A stretch of 64,000 nucleotides of DNA from Balanoglossus misakiensis (Eukaryota > Animalia > Hemichordata): NCBI GenBank assembly GCA_040954595.2, contig CM082584.2:9133061-9197060 (forward strand). The letters are read 5' to 3'. Below, piece after piece: positions 54,132 to 64,000 of the stretch. The notes beneath the pieces are model-generated. The model was not told where the DNA came from. It saw only the letters and a list, made by a program, of their open reading frames with translations, and searched no databases. The position numbers and the translations under genes were made by a program. Numbering within the stretch: the stretch's first letter is position 1; each line of letters opens with the position of its first letter.

Positions 54132-55275
54132 ATCATATGAGAACACAAATCAAGCGTACTGATTACATTACAGTCTGGATTTCAAAACACGTGTTTTAAC
54201 AACAGCAGTTTGCGGTTAACAAAAAAAGTCGCACCGACCTTTACAACCATTTGCGGTATAATTGCGTTGATTAAAAAATAATCATCGTAAACCCAAGATA
54301 ATGTGCTATAAAAATAATATCGCGTAGTGATTTCTTCAAATGGAGATCACAAAGAAATCCACTTTTTGTTCAATACACGCTACCATGGCTACCGCAAAAC
54401 AAGCGTACAAACAGCGCCACCAGTGGTGAATGAAGACTCGCGGCTCGTGCCATGCCACCTCTAAACTTTCTCAGGGTGGTGGTATGGAAAGTACAAATTT
54501 GATATAAAATGATATCATTAGCATTTTTTGCTCGGGAGGATGTTAACATGCAAATGAAACACACTGTGCCATTGGATTATGTTGGCGAATCTTGAGTTCA
54601 CAAGGACGTGATGATTAATTTTCTAAATGGGAAACAGTTGAACGCTTGAGTTCCTCTCTAATCTTATCTCAACTTTCCAAACATCTCTTCTCACCATTTT
54701 CCGAGTACAAATATTTTGTTCTGCACTAGAAACGGTCGTAAATCACGTCACGGTGGCCCGGCCTCTCCGGGTGTGCGATAGGCGAAAGGGGGCTTGCACT
54801 TGCAGACGTTTGTATCGGATGTCCAGTCTTCATGTGATCTTACTGGCGGACCATTCATTAGTTGTATTTTATGCGTGCTAAAAAGGTATTGGGTGATCGG
54901 TTGAAATTGCGCGGAGCGGAGTTAAGTTCTATACGGGCTGAAAGGGAGCAGGGATGTTGGTGTAAGCGTTCTGTAATGGGAGTAGCTGCCTGACCCAGCA
55001 TGGAGTGAAGTCATTATATATACAGCGATTCAGAGAAAGAATGTACAAAGAGCCGTGTATTTACGTCCAAATGTGTCAAACTGGTTTATTTAGGCAGTCT
55101 GTTTAAGTTCGCTCCACCGCAAACACCGCGTGCTATTAAGGAGAATCCCTGACACAGGCGCAGAGGCTATAGGATGCCGACCAGCTAACTGTTGCTCCTC
55201 TGAAGATACGTTTTGCTCGTTTAGGAAATGTCAAATTCCTTTTGCTAGACTTGTGTGCTTTTTTCCCCGTCAAAG

Positions 55276-58200
55276 ATGGGGTGCAGATTATGTTTCTTCA
55301 TTCTGTGCTTGACGTGCATCGGCTTTGTGAACAGTTACAACAGTGTCATCGAGAATCAGCTCCGGCAAGAGTATGTCCGACGACAAGGGGTACGGGGAAA
55401 AATTGACCAGTTGGGAGATCTACTCAAGAAACGAGTGCAACTGCTGCGCGATGCCATCAACCAAGAGGTGGAGCTGGTGTTTCTGGTGGACAGTTCATCC
55501 AGCGTCGGACTCGAAAACTTTTTCAACGAACTGAAGTTTGTCAAGAAACTTTTGGCCGATTTCACGGTGACGTCTTGGGCAACGCGAGTGGCTGTGATAA
55601 CTTTTAGCTCCAAGTACCGCGTGAAAGTTCAGATAGATCACATCAGTCAACCGAATAGTACTCTACATAAGTGTTCGCTTATGAACGAAGAAATGCCGAA
55701 GATTGAGTACGTCGGTGGAGGAACTTACACCAAAGGAGCTTTCCAGAAAGCTCAGGTGAGAATTTTCATAAGAAATCTACCATAGTTTACATGAAAGTTC
55801 ATTTAATAGGTTTCAAGTTATTTTATGTACCATTTACGACCGAGACAGTTTAATCCCAACATGATCTGATGGTGCGGTGGTCAAAAGTTAAAACTCCGTT
55901 GTCATCGCAACGGCTTAATTAGAGACCAATTTCACGCCTGGCTAAGCATCGCGGTATGGAAACCCCGCGGGGTGGGGAAAGTAAACTTAACGGCCCCAAG
56001 GTAAAAAGTTCGCGGTGTTTCCGAGCAAAAGTGGTGTCACTTTCGCACTCAGAATGTATCTATGCCTTGATACTTAGCATGACCGACTCGCAAGAAGTAG
56101 TAGAAAATTGCAGGGAAAAGGGGCCACGCTTTCTAAGAATGCTCTTAATACGGAGCAGCCAGACTGGGAGAGCCCAGCACGGGAGGGGGTCATAATTGCT
56201 ACCAGAGACTGGAGCAATCTGCGAGCACTTATATGAGAAATTATCGCGGCATGTTTGACTTAAAGATATGGGCAGTTGAGTTCAAGGTTGTCTGATTTAT
56301 GGGTTTGCGTCATGAAAAAACAACTCCTCATAGAATCCTTTTCGTAACAATGACTATCTTTCATTCGATAAGCTTACCAATGCCCCATAAAAACCCGGCC
56401 GCATTTCCACAAATTTAACAACTCGTAGATTTTCACAATATTATAGCATTTTAGTGCATATCTAAATCGAGGTACTTATTACTTGGTCTACACAACTGTG
56501 ACATGCCATGACATAATATTCCGAGACAAATTACTTTCGTGATCCCCGACCTCAGCATTTCCACACTTTCTCCGGAATCAGACGAGTGCACACGCGCGGA
56601 CAAATCTTCAGACCGATACCCGAGACGGAAGGCTAAAGATTAAAACGTTCCTTGAAATCCGAACCAGACCCGCAATACGCATAGAAACATTGCATGTGAC
56701 TGTCGGGTCTGAACTGGTGCTGGGGAAATTTCTACTGCTTTGTGCACTCATGTAGTCTGGAATCCCGAAAATTGTTTCTTTTAACAACGATATTGGTTAT
56801 CTACATTTGCAAACGCAAACCGCAAAGCCGAATATAGCTGATAAGTTCATGTATGCAACGTGCACTGTGCCATGGCGTGGGTGTCGGGCATTAGAAGCAT
56901 TTTATGTTAGTGGCATTACAAAGTGAACTAATATTTAGAGAAAAGAGGACCCAGGAGTGTATTAAACTGCTAATGGACCACAATCATTCAGTATCACTGG
57001 AACATAAAACAGTAAATGGAGCTTCATGTTACTTATATCTTGTATTACTTTTAATCGTATACGAATGTTGTTTACACGCAACTGTTAACCTATAGTTAAA
57101 TACAGAAAAACAAAAAATCAAAATCTGTCATGGTGAAATCTCATAACTGTTTTCACTTGAATAGTCACTCATTGCAATCATCAACTACTGTGTTTAGGTT
57201 AGTGATAGTCTAAAGTATACAAAGACCGTATCTCAGGATCTGTGTACGATGACTCAAACCGTTAACACATTCGCCTGCTAACAAACAACATTGCCTTCTA
57301 TAAACAACTTTACCGAGTAAGAAAAATACATCGTTTTCTTCTGTTGGAAGCATTCTCTCTCACAACGCATGATCCTAAATATGGACCTCTGGGAAAAAGA
57401 CCAAAAAGTGATGCCAGGTATTTTTCGAAAAGTGTGAGCTTGTCCTGCCCCACATGACCCATACACTTTAGAAGTATGACCGAATTATAATGGCGAATTC
57501 TGGAGTTACACCAAGTCTGGAGTGTGTTTAAATCCTGACTACAAATGTGTTTTATGAATTCTACAATGTACCTTTGACAACACTGATCGAAAACTTATGC
57601 CGGCAAAGAAATGTTAAACTTTGAAATAATCAAAATAAATACAAGAAGAAAGTAAATAGTCATACCAGCATGTTTAGAACTATAACAGTACTGAGGAGGA
57701 AAAGCCGCGTAATGTGTTACAGCGTCTGTTATCGTTTCTAATATGAATCAATATTTATGTAAAAGATAAACTATCTCTTGTAAACTCTTTCAGACCGCAT
57801 AACAGAAATTAGGCAACAGTATTTTGTTGCACAAATTGATCCAGTGTTGGTGCAATTTGTGTAATTGGGGGTTCCTGAGAGCTGAACTTGACTAGTGTGG
57901 TGTGATACTACAAGCTGAGATTGTTTATAATGCATCAAGTGGCTTCTATCCCAAATAACACACCCGGACTGTGTGGTAGAAAGCCCAGGGGGAAAATACC
58001 AGAGAGAATATACGGCAGTGTTGTTGTCTGGCTGGTGTAATTCAGTATGTTTTATATACAGTTGCAAAACCAACAGGACTGGGTAAAAGGTGGCTGATGA
58101 CACTCTTCTGAGTTAAAGAGACCAGCTTTCATCGAGGTTAGGAGAGCACGGAATTTTAAGAGTGAGATGTCAATATAACTGATAAGCAACATAAACATAG

Positions 58201-61200
58201 GCATGAACCCAGTTTAAATGGTGGACACACACAGACAATACATACATACCATGTATGCAGCTCATGTTTAGATTCCCTCAAGGTTAAAGGATACTTCATG
58301 TTGACCCGTCAAGGGTTATCTGAAACTATTATAAAGTTCAGAAACCCTCCACTATCGTTGAATTATTTGGCTAATAATTCATTAAGATCTATGGTTGTTG
58401 AATAAAATAAAAATGAATAATAATCAAACCAGTCCAACTAGTAATATTGTTAGCAAGCAGTGCATGAAACAATTGGCGAACAAAACTATTCATGGTAACT
58501 GACGTTTTGATCAAAGCGTAAAATTCTTTCATGCTTTTTCGCGGATCCTCTCTGATCGCCATGTGCTGTACTTTGCACTCGGGTCGAAGTGTCGGGATAG
58601 CGAAAAACAGTGACAAACACAGACTGATTTAAACGTAAAAGGCACTCGATTGAGTAGATTAACGAGTCATGCAGCTAAATATCGAAAATAAAGGCGATTG
58701 TTTGTTTATCAGTCCATCTTTCCGTATATAATATATCACTGCAGTTTCAGCAGATGAAGACTGCATCACATGTGTGTGCCTTCAACACCAAAACATCAGA
58801 CTTGCGTAGTTCTTGCGATAGTATACTTTTCCTGTTGGTGCTTGGACGTGTGACTGTGGTGGACAGGACAGAGGTAAACAGCCTCACGTCTTGGCAATAT
58901 CATCTAACTGTTGACTTGTAGCCACATTTACTCACATTTACTGTCAAGAGGGAAAACAACTGCTGCCCAGCATATAGAATTTCAGCTGAGGCTTAAGTAG
59001 GATGTGGATGAGTCTAATTAAATATCCACCAGACCCAAGGATTTCAATTAAAACTGCAAGTGTTGTAAAACGATAACAGCCATTATCTCGAGTGACTTGT
59101 CCAATTAGATTACATTTTGCGGATGGCCAATTGTGAGTAATGCAGAGAAACGAGCCTCCCAGCTGCGATAGCTATTTTCGTTACGCAATACATGCTTTTA
59201 AGATCCACAAACATTGTCTGGACACACTATTGCATGGTTGGTACATTCTATACATTTTTGACAATTGCCTCTGTCAACTACATATGACTGAACAAATTCT
59301 TATGAAAACATTTGTAGTCAGAAGGATGTCTTAGCAGCAGGTGGGCTTGACATAGGAAAAGCCTTATGCTGAGAAAGGAGTCAGAGAGTAATGCAAGAAT
59401 GTAATTTTACCGTCAGTAGAGTACTAGTTAGTAAAACTTTACTTTCCCTAGTTCATGTCCCGCAATAGCGATTCTGTTGTGGATCATGCATACATGTATG
59501 TATAATGCTGACCTTTACCCGACACATTTGGTTCAGCTCTAGTACAGAAGCCAAATTTGTTTGTGGTTTTGTACTATACAACGCCGGGGGCCATAAATGC
59601 CCAAAAGATTCCTCTATCCACTTTTCCACAGAAGTAGTCTTCTGGAACGTGTTGGCATTGCAAGTCGTGTTGAATTTGCCATGCCTCAATTTTCGCAAAT
59701 TAAGCGAACAGGCAATGAAAAAAAAATAAGTCAGGCATGGTATGGTCTGTCTGAGACGGGGATAGGTTACATCCTCTAACTTTACCAGCGGTATTGTGAT
59801 TTTTGCCCGCGTTCTATTCTTTGCCGTGTAACTGAATATTCAGCATTTGGTTACAGCAGTCTATATACACATCCTACAGTTGGAGTGTACTTTACAGAGA
59901 TAACATAGCATGTACAGCTACAAATTTATGGGACACATGGCCACCTTTGAGCACTCTAGAACTTCCGAATTGAAAATCCACTTGTACATGTTGGCGCCTG
60001 TGAAGTACTAAGCCTTGTGTCTCGCATGAAAATGTGCAGGAAAAGTGATCACCATGCCGAGCTTTTGTAGACCCTGAAATTGGCCGGAAGAATTATAAGC
60101 CAACTGTAATGACCCAAACATTGGAATTTTAAATATTGTTGTTTCTGTTTCATGGGTTTGTATGTATTTGGCTTTCATATATCCAGCTGTTCTCATACAC
60201 TGTACTACAACACATTACATTCATAGCAATGGCAATGAAGAAATTTGATCAACATTGCAAGTACAAGTAAACAGAGAACCCATTAAAAGATGTTTGGGTT
60301 TACACACAGGGAAAAATAACAACATTTCAAACTTGCACAGTTGGGAAAAATCCAGCAAATACTAGTATACGGAGTCACATGATATATGTAATAGGCATGC
60401 ATGTCTCTATCGTAACATACAAGGTCAAGGAAGTAATTTATCAGATGCGCTGTGTACTGGAATTTGGAGTCAAATTGCTGGGAACTGTCAAACATTTAAC
60501 CTCTGCAGTCTCAGACACACCATTCATCCTGTCATATACCATGGTGTACGCGTTGTACCATAGACAGTAGTAGACTACTGTCTATGGCTGTACTTATACA
60601 CTTTCTAGTGCACAACATAGTGTCATTACACCATCTAATGAAAATACAAATGTATGTTGAGAAATATCCCCAGAATAACTTGAAAACATTTCAAATTTAT
60701 GATTATATACTGAAAACAAGACACGCAATTCTCAAGTACAAACTATTTGTGTTTGTGGTGATGAAAAGATGAACAATCTTACACTTTCAGGGCTTTTCAA
60801 ACTCCAATCTGTAATCTACAATCCCAGCACTGAAAGCTGACATTTGACAAAAAGTAGTTAAAAATGTGAAGTACCTCTCTCATGATGAGAGAATTGCCTT
60901 CTTGACAAGTGTGTTTCTCAACCGAGAGTGAGTTTACGTAAAAAAAGTGCAAGAGGCCAAAATAATGTAAACCTTTGTCTCATGATGGAGTCAACAAACC
61001 CAAGAACGGATGTTTCTTGTAAAGCAATTATCGGACGTTAATAGAGACATGTTCATGAATTAATTTCAACGTAACTTATGTCACGTAACGTTGCTTTCAA
61101 AATACTTTACGGTTTACAGGTTTTTTTCTGCTACCGTCCTATACATCATGCACACAAAGTTACTGTTGGCTATAAACAACGGGGTATAATTTATTGCGTA

Positions 61201-63964
61201 GCAGAGATGCGGTGGTTGGGCTGGGAGAAAAGGCAAACTTGCACGCTTTTCCATCCTGCCTTTCAGTTTATGTCGTCAGCGGTCTGGCCATTGCCCGGAG
61301 AATCATCAACACCGACAAAGTGTCGGGAATTCAGCCAGCGGATTATGGGTCATGTTATCCTAATTGCCTGTGACAAAAAGGGATCAAGAGTTATATAAGT
61401 TGCATGCTTGAGTGCACTCGGCTCAGATTTATGGAAACATTATTAGCTCTCAGACACGAAGTCCACAGCTGCTATTTCAGAGGTCACGACCCCGAGCAAC
61501 ATGGTACATCTTTTAAAAGATGCGCTTATCTCTAAATGTTAAGGGTACGGCGCATATGCTAGTGGCACGCGGGTTTAATCATTTAACTACTTCACGGGCG
61601 GAAAAAATAGAGGAAATGGTGGGAAATAAAAATGAGAACAGATTACGGGCATAAAACAGTCTGGTTCAGTATACTGCTGGTAAACGTGTAGAAGTTCCCA
61701 CACTTGGTTTAGTTACCCCACTTCAAATTAGCTTCAATGTAAAACAAATGAATGCCATATTAAAGTTACTTCATATGGATTCGATCTTTAGGTCCATAAT
61801 TACCACACTTAAGATGAAAACAAGATACTTAAATTCCAGTTATGAAGGGCTTTAAATTACATATGGCTGTATGCACCGTAGCTATCCACCTTTGAGCAAA
61901 CGATTCAAGAAACTGTTCTTGTGGTCACCCACTACATGTTTTCAATAAATGCACCCCGTTGTCTAATCGCAAATACTTCCCATGACATCCAGCTTTTTCT
62001 TGCTATTCTGGTTCCGCTCAATGATTGCTTAAAAATAGTCTTGAAGGGAAAATGCCAACACTCACATGATTTTTATGAATATAAAGGGACATAAGCTGTA
62101 ACTTTAACCTTTATTTCCAGTAGTTTTCTTTTGTGAATCAAGTGCAATTTAAAAGTTAATGTTATTTCTGGTAAAAAATAAAAAAGCAATCTATGTTTGG
62201 TCAATGGTCGGTGTTAGAAATTGCAAGGTTATCTGGACATTTAAGTTTGCAGGTAAATTATTTACTACAGCAAAATTGAAGAAATATTCTCTGCGACAAA
62301 ACTGCAAGACCACTTGCACATATGCATAGTTTCTGTAGGGATGGATACCTTTACACTGTTATCATTATCATTGTAGATGGTTTTGCGATCAGCTCGACAT
62401 AATTCCACCAAGGCAGTCTTCCTGATCACAGACGGCTATTCGAACAGCGGCGATCCCCGCCCTTATGCAGAGGCGCTCCGAAGACAAGGCGTTTCTGTTT
62501 TCACGTTTGGAATTCACAACGGGAACGTAAACGAACTGCGTGACATGGCATCGGAACCAAAGGCTGAACACTGCTACATCCTCGACAGTTTTGAGGAATT
62601 TGAAGCTCTTGCCCGCAGGGCATTACATGAAGGTAAACAGTCATTTGATCGTTAAAATTATTGTTTTTAATTTAAGCTCATTTAGACATGTGGGCGATTA
62701 ATATCATTTGATCTCATTTCCATATTGTTGGCTTATCTTTGGATGAATATCTCCATGTTACATACCTGGTCATCCACATCACAAGTAAGCAAAAATTAAC
62801 TAAGAACTCCAGGTGTTTCTGTAGTTACAAATAAAAAAAAATCCTGATTTTATAAATTATAACGTGACTTCTTTGTTTTGCATTTCAGATTTAGGTGTGG
62901 GTAGCCTGATTGAACAGGACCTCAGACACTGCTCATCTCTATGTTCAGCACAAGAGAGTTGCTGTGACTCAATTGCTAGATGTGTATGTGGCATCCGTAC
63001 AGGCCAGTATCAGTGCATGTGCTCTGCAGGGTATTATGGAAATGGTCTTCGTGGAAGCTGTCAACGTGAGTAGTAGAAATGGTTGTAAAGTGATGGTTGT
63101 GGTAGAAGTGTTCACTTCACTAGGCTGTCTGTGCCACAGCCCAAAGAAATGGTCAATACAGAAAATATGAATTGACGCTCACAGCAAATAAGGGGAAACT
63201 CATCAACGGACTTATATTCCCATTAAGACAAAAGGTTAATTGATGTCTCTGTTCAACAAAATGAAACACTGTCATTAAACTACTATTTCACAAATCCTGT
63301 AAGCATGCAATACTTTTTTTGCTCCATTACGTTCTGGTATGTTGGCAATTGAATGATGCCCTGAGTTCTTTTTCTACAGCTTGTCCATCTGGAACATACA
63401 AACCAACAGCGTCTGTTGGAGGGATAACTACATGCCTGACATGTCCGGACAGTAACCACATAAGCCCACCAGCCAGCACCTCATTACACCAGTGTGTATG
63501 CAAGGATGGTTTCAGCAAGATAGATAGTGATACCAGGTGTAAAGGTATATCTTTGATACATAGGTATCGAACCAAATACTTTGCAGGGACCAGCTCCTGC
63601 CTGGCTACCCTTCAGCCAAGGTGGATAAAAAAAGATAGAAGCCACTTAAACTCATAAAATTCATACGTGACCAACATTGTCTAACACGATTCATATTTAC
63701 CTCCATTTTGAAGAATTGAGAAAAGAACTGTTAACTAAATGCCCAATAAGGGTGCAACTTTCACTGTGTACTTTTATTTCCTAGAGATTGCCTGTGAAAG
63801 TCTAATACCACCAGAACAGGGTTATTTCGTTGGTGGTTCGTGCAGCAACACTTTCAATTCAGCCTGTGGAATACGTTGTCAGGCTGGCTATGAAATGAGA
63901 GGTAGTAGTATCAGACTTTGCGAGGAAGATGGCACGTGGTCGGGTGAAGAACCTTATTGTCGGC
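55276..63964 (+). CDS. SVEP1: Sushi, von Willebrand factor type A, EGF and pentraxin domain-containing protein 1 (5' part, first 5 exons; continues past the window)
   Basis: Exons: 55276-55755, 62377-62632, 62889-63065, 63380-63544, 63785-63964. Signal peptide [20 protein letters not shown]; VWA domain with MIDAS ([57 protein letters not shown]); EGF-like and ephrin-receptor-like Cys-rich segment (CPSGTYK...CPD); first sushi domain ([27 protein letters not shown]...WSG). Confidence 0.96.
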
Positions 63965-64000
63965 GTAAGTCTTGGCTGTTTCTTTGATTCTGCAATTTGA

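Noticed and set aside
55756-62376. Short ORFs in SVEP1 intron 1 as nested genes
   Set aside because: All are about 110 aa or shorter, have no recognisable motifs, and form no consistent exon chain.

Overview
Animal (probably lophotrochozoan/marine invertebrate) nuclear DNA, not prokaryotic. Bases 1 to ~13711 are a highly homogeneous 88-bp tandem satellite (~155 copies). It ends abruptly ~780 bp beyond the stop codon of a 21-coding-exon DNAI3/WDR63 gene (-). A compact cluster of alternately oriented genes follows: intronless WDR41 (+), ASF1 (-), PLAA (+), a decayed Tie-type EGF exon (-), a 13-exon RAVER1/2 homolog (-) and the 5' part of SVEP1 (+, runs off the window). Exon models were assembled by eye from GT-AG sites and reading-frame continuity. 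The most unusual items are: a ~450-bp element with a 129-bp palindrome and an internal region complementary to both of its own ends (53.7-54.1 kb); a gene polyA signal abutting the satellite; a candidate 18-nt microexon in DNAI3; the intronless WDR41; and a multi-hairpin, H/ACA-like segment in RAVER intron 2. I do not see a demonstrably new multi-gene system. All findings are hypotheses, and no database search was run.
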